From NCBI GenBank assembly GCA_040954595.2, contig CM082583.2:3109060-3173059 (forward strand): a stretch of 64,000 nt of DNA, read 5' to 3'. Each line of letters starts with the position of its first letter. The stretch's first letter is position 1. The notes below the pieces were generated by a model that did not search any database, had not been told where the DNA came from, and worked only from the letters and a program-made list of their open reading frames with translations. The stretch is from Balanoglossus misakiensis. Its lineage: Eukaryota; Animalia; Hemichordata. A program made the position numbers and the translations under genes. Positions 1 to 14,110 of this stretch are shown here, piece by piece.

Positions 1-1308
1 ATAGCAGCATAGTGGTTTTCACGTATTCTGTGAAAGGGACTGATCAGATTAGAATCAGTTTCAGGTTTGCACTCTCATTTGCTTGTGAGAGTTCATGCTG
101 CGTAATGATATATTTATGATATGACGATGTACGAAAAGTTCATGTTTCTATCAACGTCGACGTTTCGCTATCAGCTACATGTCATTTTTATGCGACTCTT
201 AAAAAGACAGTGCAAATGAAAACTGCATAGCCCAGAATTGTCGTGCCTGATCCGGAAAGCAATATAAATGCATTGTGGTAAACGAAAAAAGTCCAGACAA
301 CTATGTCAACGGCTAACAGCAACAGCTGAAATGTTAACGAGGACTGTTACTTTCTTATAGACTTGAGAGTTCGAGAATACTACTTACTCCAATCATTATA
401 AATATTATTCTCAGGAGAGTATAGTATTATTGATACATAACTTTAACAATTTTATTCAAAGTCAATATTCGTGCAGGTGTCACTCCATATTCGCTATCGT
501 CTTCAATATGCACTGACTAAATAAATAGGAAATACTGAATTAGGGTTTAGGGTATTTATTTCAAATGTGCAAAATGCACAGTCTATATAAATTTAATGAC
601 GCCAGGTAATACCGCAAAATTACACCAACAATACAATGTACTTTTATTTTTCATCAATATCCCGTCAAAACGGTGTCCGTTTAACCCTATCCCTATGAAA
701 AATGTCAAAATCTGTTCACTGAGAAAAACACATGTCAATATACGCTTTGAAATTATTAAATGGAATAGTTAGGTTAATATATCTCATTAGTGAATAATTG
801 CAATGGAGTAGTACAACATTGTGGCATTTTAAAATTCAAGCAATAATTTGCCCTCTTTTTCATTTCGATTTCATATAGCTGTTTACTGTCATTACCACAT
901 TTCATTCAAAGAGTTCACACGTTTTACAGTACAAAACCAAATTCTCATGACTGGGCTTTTCATAACAATCTATCTGTCTTTGTAAATGGTTTAGAATGAA
1001 AATACGATACAAGTAAGTGAAAAGGGACTGTATAATGTGCCAACTCCACAAGACGCTGCAAGATCAAGAGTGGCTATAGGCACTTTGTATGGGAGGATAT
1101 ACTCTTCTCACAAAGAACAAACATCACATGGTATATTATCATTATGTTAAGCGGCACAAGAATTGCAATTTGTGTTAAACTCCGCATCCCGCCTACATTC
1201 ATTACAAAGACTTGTATTACTTAGCTAGTAACTCGTTGCTACGGTAATAAACCAAGTCTCGCGATATTTTGCAATGAGTGGAAAATCATATATTCCAAAA
1301 TAAGCTTA

Positions 1309-1616
1309 GGCCAAAATAAAAAAAAATGTGCTGTTCCAATTACCCAACCTACCCTAATTTTAACCCGCCTACCCTAAACTTTTTAGAGCTTCGTAAACCC
1401 GGAAAGGAAAAATAACGATGCCAAATATACAAAATGTATGAAAATTGCACGAATCACGCGAGAACGATGACGAAATCGTGAGAACTATGACGTCATTCTT
1501 CTACACACTGGCGGCCAGAGAAATAAAAAAAATTGAAAAATAAAAAATCCCTACCTACCTACCCTATTTTTGAAAACCATGTAATCGGAACAGTACATAT
1601 TATTATTTTTTTGGCC
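1309..1616. mobile_element. PIF/Harbinger-like MITE
   Basis: TIRs GGCCAAAA(T)AAA... / ...TTTTTTGGCC, flanked by TTA at 1306-1308 and 1617-1619 (3-bp TWA TSD); internal CCTACCCTA repeats; no coding capacity. Confidence 0.8.
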
Positions 1617-2063
1617 TTACGCTGTAAGGTAATATCAAGCGCCGTACTGATACGTACATTGCAGTCCAGAACTGTAATTAACGAGACATATTTTATGTTC
1701 TTTATAGGCAGAATATTTGCGTCTCTAACATCAGAGTTTCCGCACAGTATGTAGCGCCCTCATGAAAATTGTTTTAGTTCTCCAAACATTGTACACAGTG
1801 ATTGCAAACTACAAGTGCAAACTTTGAAAAGTGTCAATGGGCATAGAACAACTCGTAAAAGTATCTCAGCTTTCATGAAATCTCCAAAAAGCGTGGATTG
1901 CGAGTGCATTGTGGGCTCCCTGAATAGCATTTTTTCTCAACATTGAAGACAACGATCTCCTTGGTCATAGCCACAATTTTATACCTTGACAGCACTATTT
2001 TTCTGGAATACAGAAGTGCCAAATTACATGTTAAAATAACGTGTGTCTCACAAACTTGTCGTG

Positions 2064-2202
2064 ACTGACGCGTATGTAAAATAGCACTATCGTGACGTCA
2101 TCAGGATGCGAACAAAAATAAACATGTTAAAATAACGTGTGTCTTACAATTTGTTCGCATCCTGCTGACGTCACGATAGTGCTATTTTACATACGCGTCA
2201 GT
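2064..2202. repeat. 53-bp inverted repeat (hairpin) whose loop copies upstream sequence
   Basis: 2064-2116 is the reverse complement of 2150-2202 with 1 mismatch; loop 2122-2149 repeats 2026-2053. Confidence 0.9.
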
Positions 2203-3479
2203 TAATTTCATCGCTTTGATGTTTTCAATCTGCAATACGTAAATTCTGTTCTGAACTGGAAAATACTATAGTAAGTTTAAGTCTAGATCAAACTAATGCT
2301 TTAAGTGAAATCTAGCCTTTAAGAGAGGGTTATTCTTTATTCGCACAAATAATTCTTTTACCAGTTTCGGTTCTTATTTGCATCATGAAAATACCCCAGC
2401 AGGGATTTACGGTCAGCTTAGATGGACGAACTAACACGTGGATGTATTTTATATAGGTTGCCTGGATGGAATGTCATATAGGGTGTATCGGAAAGTATTA
2501 TAGCTGGTCACAATCAGCAAATGGTCGGGTAACTTGGTATGTGGCAAATTAATAAAATATAACTCGACAGAATACGTCAATGAAAAGACAGAGCCAAGGA
2601 AAGACGATAAGGAAACTTGGATTCAGTGGTATGTCATTGTCTTTTAAGTGTATGGTACATTTTTCACCAACTTTTGGTTATGTTTCATCATCTATATTTT
2701 ACCATGCAATATGAAGCTACTAGGTGTCATTTCATGCCTTCAAACTGTTGTGACGCCACTATACCGTGTCTGAAATTATATTATCTAGTAGAGTATATAT
2801 GTGACTAATTACACATGTTTATTAAAAATTATAACTATTCATACCGTACATATACTGCATTTAATTTTAGCTTTTTGATCTACGGTAGCAGTTCACATGT
2901 GTTACATTGTTGTATTTCATTAATTTAATTTTTAGTGTACATGAATATTGTATAATCATGACATCGTTTTCAACTACATCTTCATACCTATGATTACCAA
3001 TTCTGTAAGCAATAGTTGAATGCAATCACTCCCTGGATAGTACCAGCCATTAGCACTTTCGTCAGTGAGTGGCCATACAGCCACTGTAAGGTATATCCAT
3101 AGTATCTGGATATGTCTTAGCACTGTTGTCAACCTTAATGCTACCCCCCCCCCCCCGTCTGTCATATGAGTGGAGACATATCTCCTAACTGGCAAATTGA
3201 GGGGCCGGACATTCTCACTACGAACACTTACTGCATATGTGACAATCGACATTTCCAAATATTTCATTGCTGGTTTGATCCGACATAAACACAAACATCT
3301 AGTTTATTAAGGATTTCAGATTATTTCCTTGGACTGTTGGAATTTAGTACAAGTTATTTCAATGAAGTGTATAACCTGTGAAAAATCATTGAACATTGCA
3401 TAAAATCAACAAAATTGATTTGTTATTGCTGTTGAAATAATGAGAAAAGGTTCTTTTTGGGTATTTAGAATTTTTTCGT

Positions 3480-3642
3480 GGTGTTTTAAAATCTGATTAA
3501 CCGTTCTTGAGATACTGATGACACGCGCACACACACGCACACACATAGTCGAGCGGACTGACGGAAAGATATACAGACACAAATGCGGCATACAGAAAAA
3601 CAGGTATAACAATAGCTCCTGTGTTCGAGAACGGGAACTAAA
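3480..3642. mobile_element. Helentron/DINE-1-like (HINE) end fragment
   Basis: CACA/GACG-type microsatellite followed by a short terminal stem (AGCTCCTG...CGGGAACT) and AAA; same layout as the HINE-like ends at 54.4-54.5 kb and 61-62 kb. Confidence 0.4.
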
Positions 3643-4297
3643 GTAAGTGACACTGTGCGTATGGTGTTATTTAATTAATAGCGTATTATCATGTAACAGT
3701 CATTCACACGTCGTTCAAGTTCAGTTTTATTATCCGATCCACTTTAATTCGACTAATCTTGAAATTGTACGTATATCAATAACACAGGGGTATCGATTTC
3801 TACAACTTGCCAGTCTCCCAAATATATATATATATATAAGTATTCGACGTTGAACATTTTCGTTCTATGTTGTGTTTTACCAGTCCGTCGACCTTTATTT
3901 GGAGGTCTATAGTTTGACATCATGTTTCTGTAGCGACCAACATCTGGCAAATGATGTGATTCACCACAAATCCGTATTATTGCAAAGAATTACGAATATT
4001 ATAGAAATTAATTTTCCACTTCCCTTGAGCAGATTACATTGAAATAGGAAGTGCACGAAGGCTTTTAACTTATCAAATGATTTATTTCTTCGTTGGCCGG
4101 TTTGCTATGCATTATTTTCTCACGACAATGTGAACGAACAAATTGTCCTCTTCATGTTCAATATGTCTCGTGATCTTAGTTGCAGCAACCAAGAAACCAG
4201 CGCCACTATGGTTCAGTCAGGTATTATTATGTCCATCGTATACCACTCGGTTGCACTGTGGGGGAAGGAACCTGTAGGCTTTTGTTTTAAGTATTAA

Positions 4298-4614
4298 AGG
4301 GTCATTATCTGTAACTTCTAGCTACTTTTTCATTATTTTTGCTTTGTGCAAAAACTACATTTTCTTGTACGTTTCCCTATAGTATCCCAACACGCCCAGG
4401 TTTCTGCTCGTAAACATGTTATGTGTATGTGCACCAAAGTGTTGACAAACGCATGTAAACGAATATAATTTTTAAACAATAACAATGATTGTTGTACACA
4501 CATTGGCTATGACACTACGCATTTAATCTAGCCTCAGGGAGTCGAACAAGAAACATTGGCTGATACACAGAATAATAATACTGGAAAACAGCCAACATTA
4601 CCGATAGTGGACCT
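4298..4614. mobile_element. Kolobok-like MITE
   Basis: TTAA at 4294-4297 and 4615-4618; AG...CT termini; imperfect TIR AGGGTCATTATCTGTAA vs reverse-complement AGGTCCACTATCGGTAA. Confidence 0.7.
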
Positions 4615-7600
4615 TTAATTGATTAAACATAATGTAATATACCATTAGATGATATTGTCTTCTCATCCCGTTATTTTGAATAAGTTACTCTGGTGTCATA
4701 TTTCATACTCAGTTTTGAAGGGACAAAGACACTACATTTTGACATTATTTATTTTATTTTTTTTATTGTCATGGAAAATTCATGGTATTCTACTCATTTA
4801 AACATGCTTAATAATAACCGGCTATTACAACTCAACCTGTACCCCTTACATGGCTATATCATGTTAATACGGTATGCAATGCAATAATTGGTACTGACCA
4901 AAAATTAAAGGATGGAATTAGCTATGTATGGGTTGTAAACTGAGCCATGGTTCAGTGAGTAAAACAACATGATTAGAAGAAAAATAAATTTAAAAAATAA
5001 GGACATATAGGAGGCCCTGCATTCCTCTGTAATAGTAAATATTTCAATCAGGTCCTTTGTAGTTTTTTGTTTTCTTAGGGAGAAAATGATTAATAAAATG
5101 TGCATAAAATTGTACATGTTTGGGTCAAAAGTACATTAACAGCAAGTAGGTGTGAAGGAACTGGCGCAATTCAATGTCAGATTAGCCTGTCCCGCATGAC
5201 GTAAGGCCACAGCACTACCAGACAAGCCTGCCCCCTATATTACACTTCTCATAAAGCAGATTATTGTATATACTCCGTATTGACTTACTACAATTCATCA
5301 ACGTCTTCTTATGATCCTATTAAATTATGAAATTGTCAGCATTTTGGTTGAAAAATAATCACAAGTAATTTGCTGTCTTTGTCATAACATATCAGTAATT
5401 TGAAGGGTCTTTATAATCACGATAAATGCTTCTTTTTTTCTAGAATTTTCTCCTTTCTGTGAGCTAAATGGGAATAATTTAGTATTGCTTTATTGTTAGG
5501 AATAATATTATTTCACGAAAAATTAGCCGCCTGTCAGTATGTACTGATTTGGTTTGTCAAATTTGAGGTATTAACAGTCTACACAGGATATTAGACCAGG
5601 GGAAATTCTCTACAATCATAGGCTCTCTTGAATTGCAATAGAGCTTAAACGATTAGTCCACTCACATATGGCTACATTCAACAAGCTCGAATTTTGAGAC
5701 CATTTAAGTTTCTGGAAAATATTTGCTGGCTTCTCCGAGACGCGGCGAAGACAGTCTCGAGTTCATGTGATCTAGACAATCCAAGGGAGAGAGTTGACAC
5801 TCCTGCCGTAAGCCGAACGAACAAACATTCATATGATAAAACAACTTTGCACAAGATTTGTACATGAATTAGGTGAACAAGAAAAATGGTCACCTCAAAG
5901 CAAGTGATAAAATACTTAAGGATGCACAGATCGCTCTGCGGACGAAATGATTGACAGAGATGGTGGTTTAATCAACGGCATAGGCCTATAGACACGGGCA
6001 GATTTGCGATTTCATAGGACTTAATAAGCTAATCACAGGACGCGGATGAAGAACAAGATTGCAAGGATAGAACTTGCAACATCAAACAGTGTGTAGGCGT
6101 CCATAAAGGGCCGATTCTCCTTGGATTCGATGGCATTGGATACATACGCGGTGCAAAGCTTTCATCTTTTCCGTCCGTTTGCTTTTAGACAAATCTGATA
6201 AAGAAGGTGCGCTTTTAAGAAAGAAAGTTCCTGACTTCATGTCAAGTCAGCTCAATTACGGGACGGTGTACATGCCGTTGCTATTTGAATATTTGTCAAC
6301 AAACCGTTACAGTTTGTGCAATGGCTATAGCCTCCTATGAAGCACTATCAAGCAGAGATAAATTACTACCGAACAAGGATAGAGAGAACATTAGTTAAAA
6401 TCTTCACGACATATTAACAGTGTACTAAGTGGCCTCGAGGAAACGTGATTTGGCATTTACTTATATTTTCTTTGTTCGTTTTCAAATCAATTTCACTGAA
6501 GGTAAATTAGATTTGTAAATGTATATTGGTTTACTAGCGGTTACTTTATAGAAAGGCACCATTGACAGCAATCAGGTGATTGTGGCGGAAAATTGCTCTC
6601 TTTACTTTCCAATTTGGCTCCTTTGGCGGGCTTTGCTGCATTTCTGATATTTGTTGTCTTCGTGCGGAAAATGTTTTTCTGTTCATTTATTTCCTTAAAT
6701 TTCCTCACGACGAATATTTGCTGTAAAGGATCTTATGTGTGAAAAAGCAGACTAGTTGACACGTGTCAGATGCAATACAGCGTTCTCAAAGGTCAAATCG
6801 ACACGGCACAGCCCTTTACATCAACAGGTTAATTGTCAAATCCAGCCTGAAGCAAAGCTCTGTGTCACATCCTGGAACGGATGATATGTTAATCAACTGC
6901 GCTCAAAATTATAAGTTTAACGTGCATTCAACAGAGTAATAACATGGTTTTGAATGGACATTGGAGTTGAAACTTATGCGTGTTCTTATACGACATTAAA
7001 TTTAAATAACTTCATTTCAACGATGAAGAAACACTTTTTTCAGTGATGTGTACGAATAAACAACACAAAGAAACTTAACATGATATATTTCTTGAAAACA
7101 CCAGAGCATAATGTTAAGATCATTGTAATTCAGTAATTCGGCAAATAAAAAAACCCACAAGAAACTCTTTAAAGTCGACAGACAATTCATGTAAGACCGA
7201 ATAGTAATTTCATGTTTTGATAATAAATACACTAACACACCTAGATAAAATTAATACAACGGTGACTGGAATCACTGACTGTTCTTTGGGTAGAGTTGTT
7301 ATGATGAAAGAAATACTGTCGGCTAACACGACTGAAAATGTTATTGAATGTTTAAGCAAATAACAAACACCGTTTAAAAAGAGGTCAACTTTGCGTGCGA
7401 TTGACAACTTATGATGAGTGATATCAAGATTATGACCAATGCATTGCAGCCTGTGTCTTGTAAACAACGTGTCGCTCTGTACAATTTGCAATTTAGTCAC
7501 TCAGCGAAGGAAATAAATTAAATCGTGTCTTTTGAACAGTGATCGAGTCACCACGTCATCATACGCGCTATTCGACGCGCGCGTCCACTGTACGAGATCG

Positions 7601-8110
7601 CGCTTGATGCCTAAATGATTCGAAACAGAGCAGTCTCCGTAACTTATTATTAAATTTTTGGCACAACGGCAGTTGTTAGTAATGATTAAGTTATCATGTG
7701 ATTTCAGAGCAGCAAGTTTTAAATGTTTGAATATCAGTATAATTTAATACATTTTTTCTAAGTACCCGCAGATTGATTTGTAAAGCACAATGTTGACAAC
7801 TTGAAAGTGGGACTAGTAACCACCGTATTGTCATGATTGTCGACAATGGAATTAACACAACTCTAACTCCAGTTGAGTCGTTGAGGGCGCTATACAGTAT
7901 CCAAATGACAGGGGTTGTTGTTCTCGAACAGAGGTCATCATGCGTGTGTTTAGCCAAAAACAGTACTGTCTATGGTGTAGCTAGCTCTGCGGCGTTAATT
8001 ATGGACACACAGGTGAGCTGTTGTCTGCTCCCCAGCAAAATGAGTGAAATTATTTCAGGGGGCTAATGATAATTGCAAAAGCACTTTGACCACAACTTGA
8101 CTACTTGTAA

Positions 8111-9221
8111 GGGACTGTCCAGAATTTACTTCCAAGGGGGGGGGGGGGGGGGGGGCTGGAGGATTTTCAGGAGGGGCCACCCATTTTCCCCAAGAAAAAT
8201 TAGGGGGGGGTCAGACATAAAAATCACAATCCTTTAGGGGGGGGGCATGTAAAAAACCCTCACAAACTCAATATTTTCCCTGAAGTACTGATTTATAAGA
8301 AACAAACCACCATGGCTACCTGGATGACAGATGAACTCCACAAGTGTATTAAATCTTCATAAGCTTGATTTTCCGGTAATTTTTACGGTGGGTTATTTTG
8401 TATATCTACTACAGTTTCTTGTTCTACTCTGTGAAGCATAATAAAATGCCCAGTATTTGGCCTGCCAGCACAGACCATAAATGTACAGTGAACAGTCAGT
8501 GTTGTTACTGTTGACGGGCTCAATTCAAGTCCAGACTAGAATTCGTTAATTTTCTCATCAATCATTCATATATGTATATAAAAAGTTAATTTGCTTTTGG
8601 GTTCATTAAAATGCAGCTTTGAGCTCTGTATTTTATAAAATTTTCTTACAGGGGAGGGGGACACCCCCTCCCAAACCCAACCCCTTCACTTCTCGGTTTA
8701 CAATATCTGCCAACACAGAATACAAATACTTAACAAATATAAACAATGTTCAGTTTTAATATCCACTGATGAGGAAAAACATCAGTTTCAAATTCTTTTC
8801 ATGGGAGCGCTGTTTTTCTTTTTTTACAAGATAGATAGGTGATGTGTTTTGCTGTGTGAAAGAAAATGGGGGGTGGGATTTCAAAATTTTAAGCTGTTCG
8901 GAAGGGGGGGATTTGAAAATATTTCGGGTTGTGTACGGGGGCCATGTGAAAATTAACGGTAAAAAAAATTTAATTCTCCCCCCCCCCTTCCAGAGGTGTT
9001 TGTAAATGCAGCCTTATCAGACTGTATGTGTCGTAGTCTGTACCGGTAAGCATGCATGTATATATTGGGGGGGGGGGTCATGGAAAAAAAAAAAACAGGA
9101 AATTTACGGGAGGGGCCACAGATTTCCTCCACAATTTACAAGGGGGGGGCCATGGAAAAAAATCACCAGGAAAATAAGAAATCCTCCAGCCCCACCCTGG
9201 AAGTAAATTCTGGACAGTCCC
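8111..9221. mobile_element. PIF/Harbinger-like MITE (about 1.1 kb)
   Basis: TIR GGGACTGTCCAGAATTTACTTCCA / TGGAAGTAAATTCTGGACAGTCCC; TAA on both sides (8108-8110, 9222-9224); G-run-rich subterminal regions. Confidence 0.9.
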
Positions 9222-10145
9222 TAAATACGTGCTCTACAAGTACCCATCATTGTAATAGAGAGGCGTGATTTTAACTTTGTCTTTAATAGCTGAGATGTGT
9301 CCTAATTATAGTGGTATCCAAAATGACGGGTTTAACAATATCTGTTCAACATATAAATATACACTCGTATCAGTTATACCGATGCTCAATATGCATAAAG
9401 GTCAAAGGTTACCCAAACTTTTGGAAGCAAATTGTGGTCCCGAACTGACACCATGTTTTCAAAAACAACGACTATCTATCTACCTTACTGGCCAACTTCA
9501 ACATATTGAAGGCTTTGCCAGTGAGTGCACCCTAGTACAGGACATCAAAAATGTCAGTTTTCTGGTTTGGTGAAGTGTAGTGCCAAAGAAGATTTGAAGG
9601 ATTCATGTGTTATATGAAAAAGCTAGAAAGGAGATGAAAAAAGATAAGGGTTCAGCTATATCACAGTCAATTTTAGTATTAGTTCAATGTATATCACGTC
9701 TATATAGTAAGTTGAGGGCGATAGTCTGCACTGAAACCAACATTATTAACAGACCAACACTAAATTACTATTGCACACCACATTGAGAATCACTGTATTA
9801 ATCACAACAAAAGGCAATGTTGGTTTTGATTCCATGATATTTCATAATTTTAATTCTACATTATTCACATAACCTAGAACTGTCATTCATCAAGGTACCT
9901 GTAATTTGCGTTGTACAGCATATTTGTTTGGCTTAAGTTTTCTTTATTATAACCAGACAATAACATTGCTTTTAAATATTCCGTATATTGTTATGGTTTG
10001 GCATTGAATGGTTTAGGCAGAAAAAAACAGTAGGTCAATTATCATCTAAACTTTATACATAAATTATATCTTATACTGACCCACGTTAAGATATTTAATG
10101 GTGGGTCAAAGTTCAATCCAAAAATTTGTGAAGAAATGTTAACAA

Positions 10146-10265
10146 GCTCTTTCTCCTCAACCTCTCTCCCTTCCTCTACCTGTCTCCCGTTCTGTCTGTC
10201 TGTCTCTATCCCTCCCCCCTCCCCCCCTCTCTCTCTCTCTCTCTCCTCCCCGCTCTCTCTCTCTC
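10146..10265 (+). repeat. CT-rich polypyrimidine / (CT)n microsatellite
   Basis: About 120 bp of nearly pure pyrimidines including (CT)n. Confidence 0.85.
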
Positions 10266-10819
10266 ATTTAGAGTGCGTCTGTGCCATCGATATCTCAGGA
10301 ATTGCTTATAAGTTGGAATCGACTTAAACGTACTGATACTAGACAGTCAGACCCTAGAGATTCTGATGGGCGTGGCATGCATATCATTGAAGTGATCCAA
10401 TATCAAAATGTTCCTGTTAATGGTTGTCTATACAACCAACATGACAGCAAACAGATACTTACTTCATCAGACTTGATGAAGTTTACTAAAAGATATATCA
10501 GACATGGTTATGGCGGTACTGAATGTAATGTTATAACATTAGCTCCCGTTTGAAGATCATGACAACTAGATGGGACATTATGATACGACAAACATACTGG
10601 GCAGATAAACAAGGCCGGTCACTACATTCTTCATCACTGGGGCTACTTTTTCAGTGTTGTTTTGTGGATTCTTGTTCTACTTTGTAAAATATTTAAAAAT
10701 GCTGGCACTGTATTTGGTTTTTCAACACAACCCTTTAAAGTAAATGGCATTGTTAATTGCTGAACATTGAATTCAAGTCCGGACCTGAATGCATATTTCA
10801 ACAATAACAGTAGATGTAA

Positions 10820-11750
10820 GGGACCGTTCAGTTTTTACGCCCGGGGGGGGGGGGGGCGGCAAAATCCAGGTGGGGTCACTTAAATTTTGAAGTCCAAAAG
10901 GGGGGGGGTCATCTGGTTTTTTTAAACGTTTAGGGGGGGTCACATACTTTTGCCACCAAACTTTTGCTTTTGAGTCCACAAAATTGCAGTTGCGCGCCCT
11001 TTATTTTACAAAATTTTATAATTTCACCCACCCCCTTCATTTTCCTCCACATTTCATTTTTTGCTGTTTTTTCTAGTGTACCAGGGCAGAGTGCTTGCCA
11101 CCCCAACCCCACCGATGATAATATTTAACAAAGTAAATACATAAAGGAGAATAATCGTTTAAACCATTTCGCATAACTGATAGATGCATCTTCTACATGT
11201 ATATACTAGAAGTATATAAATGATGATCATTATAAATGATGTCATGACGAAGATGACGCCAAATCTTCTAACTTTGAGTGGAGTGGCAAAAAGTAAAATT
11301 GGTCATCCCAAACATTGAGATAATTTGCTTTTGAGTTCATTAAAATGCAACTTTGAGCTACATATTTTACAAAATTTTCTTATGTGGGAGGGGGACACCC
11401 ACCCCGCCACTTTTCTTGTTTTACCGATTCTAGCAACTATTGTGTTGACTTGTCATTTTAATTTGTTCATAGATTTCTTTATTGCAACGATACTATTATA
11501 TACTTCAATTACTTTAAGAAATTTATAATTGAGGTGTGAGGAGCCTCATTCCCTTTATTGCATACAGTGTACATAGGGTCAGGACGGCAATTGTTTTCGG
11601 CGGGGGGGGGGGGGGTCATCATATTTTTGGGTCTGTCAAAGGGGGGGGGTCATCATTTTTTGGTCCTGGGTGAAGGGGGTCGCCCTGATTTTGAAAACCG
11701 ATGACACAAACTTGCCGCCCCCTCCCCGGCCGTAAAAACTGAACGGTCCC
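10820..11750 (+). mobile_element. PIF/Harbinger-like MITE (family A)
   Basis: TIR GGGACCGTTCAGTTTTTACG / CGTAAAAACTGAACGGTCCC; TAA TSD (10817-10819, 11751-11753); related copies at 19008-19237 and 51445-52095. Confidence 0.92.
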
Positions 11751-12097
11751 TAAACCATCGACTGGGAGACAACACGTAACAGGTGAGAATGCAGCAGAAG
11801 AAATAGCTCCCTATGACCAACTTCACGTAAAACTACAACAGCCCGAGAACGCTGTCAGAAGATACGAGGCGAATTTCAGCTTTTCATTCACAGGAATGGC
11901 TGCGATTCGGTGATGGTTTTATAAAAAACAACTAAACACAAGGACAAAAACAACAAAACGAAGAAAATGGCACCATTGTTTTGTGGTATTTCTGTTCCAA
12001 TCACAGTTAAACACACATTTTTTCAGTAACCAAGAATTATGTATATGTATGAAAGCCCTTTAGGGACATTTCGTAAAGCAAAAATTTTTTTTTTATC

Positions 12098-12319
12098 TCG
12101 TGAGCACGAGATACTAAGTCGTGAGCACGAGATACTAAGTCGTGAGCACGAGATACTAAGTCGTGCGCACGAGATACTAAGTCGTGAGCACGAGATACTA
12201 AGTCGTGCGCACGAGATACTAAGTCGTGCGCACGAGATACTAAGTCGTGCGCACGAGATACTAAGTCGTGCGCACGAGATACTAAGTCGTGCGCACGAGA
12301 TAATTATCTCGTGCTCACG
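12098..12319 (+). repeat. 21-bp tandem repeat, about 11 copies (left arm of foldback element)
   Basis: Unit TCGTG(A/C)GCACGAGATACTAAG with palindromic core TCGTGCGCACGA. Confidence 0.95.
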
Positions 12320-12889
12320 AAATAACATCGCATCTTATTGCAATGAACCTAAGGAGTCAAAAGCTTAACTGATCAATGCGGGAGGTTACGTGGCCAGACA
12401 GTTTAATTATTATGTATGTCACATTCAATGTCACCAGAAAGTCACTGCTAAATTTCAGACTAAGGGCTTTCCAGACCTGAGTCTCGAGCATTTAATCTCA
12501 ATGTTTTGAAGAGCGGGTAATAGTTCTAAATTCTGCTTTGCTTTGAGTTAGGTATTGGCTATGTTGCCAAATTTAGAGTTGTAGATTGAAGTTAACTTTA
12601 TCTGATACTCATAGTCTTATTGCTAATGCATCAAATCTTTTCGGAGCAAGAAATAGCAGCTTATCACTCGAAACATATGTATTCACGTCAGCGTTCCGGG
12701 CAATGTGATTCACTCCACCGTCAATGTTTAAGAATAGCACAATATACTAGACTTCCAGTGCTATATAATAACTGCTAACTGCATCATAGTACCCATTCCA
12801 ATCATAAGACCCCAAACGTTTTTTGCTTGATTTGTAATGTGTATTACTTTCCTGTATAAAATCACAGGAATAAACCTTATTTTTATTCT

Positions 12890-13020
12890 TCAATTTCACG
12901 TTTGCTTTGGTCAAATTATATTTGTGTTCTTCAAATCTATATTTGTGTTCTTCAAATCTATATTCTTGTTCTTCAAATCCACGTTTGCCTCCGTCAAATT
13001 ACATTCTTGTTTTTCGAAGT
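12890..13020 (+). repeat. Degenerate 21-bp tandem repeat (second type)
   Basis: Unit about TTCAAATCTATATTTGTGTTC, 5-6 degenerate copies directly inside the left arm. Confidence 0.7.
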
Positions 13021-14110
13021 TAACATGTTGCCCTCTGCAGAGGGCGCCGTCAATGACCTTTGGCTTTTCAGCAGCGTCTCAGTGAAATCGAATTACGGCA
13101 AATCTATCATTATTAATCATCTGTAGATCTCTTAATCTACTAAGCTCTTGTCTGTTCCACTGGTCTGAATCATGATGAACGGAATGCCGTCATATCATCG
13201 CAAATTTGAAAATGCTATTTTTGATAATCTTGACTCAAAATGACAAATAGTCAAATCAGCATGTTTTTATGTATTCGACTTCAATATTATTTGTCAGAAT
13301 GTGATTTGTAATAAAGCTTTACCATATCAGTCCGTATATGTCAATCCAGACCGGCACAAATTAGCGACATCAACTGTCACACAATCAAAAGTACATAATG
13401 TAACGAGATTTCGACACACGTTGCCATAAATAGGAAGCTTTAGAGCAAATTCCGACCAGAGCCAGAATACTGTTTTCCGTGTTTGTGAAGTGGCCTCAGC
13501 AACGGAAAGACTGTTGTCATTCAAGGATAATAGACATCAATATTTAGCGGACATATCTTAACCAAATGACCCGCCAAAGTGGATGTAAAACACCAGTTCT
13601 TATAAAACTGTGACATTTTCACCCAACATACCAGGAAGGTTTATGAAGTGTGGCCAGTAGAGTCGTCAAACTCATTTCTTTACGTGATAACTAAATGCCT
13701 GCAAATGACTTGCAAACCATCTTTTAAATGACCTGGGGTCAGTGACCACAAGTCGTGATTGTTTTCAATTGTGCATAACATGTAATTGTAGGAAATCCAG
13801 GTGTGATGAATCTTGATGAATTTTTTCCCCTAGAATGACATAATTTTCGAAGCTCTCTTTAAACGCTAAATCCATGTTTTTAGTGAGATATACATAAGTA
13901 GTCAATATCATAATGGCAACACGCACAGTCGAGTAGGGCACAGATAAAAGAGATTGTAAGAAGTGTGCTATCAGAAGAAGAGGTATTGGAGTCGGAAAAT
14001 GAAAGACCCGCGACTACAGAGCTCGTTACAGACACGAAGAGAAGCTAAAAAGAGGAAAAAAGCAAAACGTAAACGATAAGTAGCTAAGATATAAGGCTTC
14101 TTTGCCACCT

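Noticed and set aside
2974-3294. 106-aa minus-strand ORF or possible SINE
   Set aside because: The ORF runs through a G homopolymer with no motifs; no pol III boxes or TSD could be confirmed
12023-12368. Overlapping heptad-repeat ORFs (SRAHEIL)n and (CARLSIS)n
   Set aside because: Translation artefacts of the 21-bp non-coding repeat, which is mirrored in the other arm
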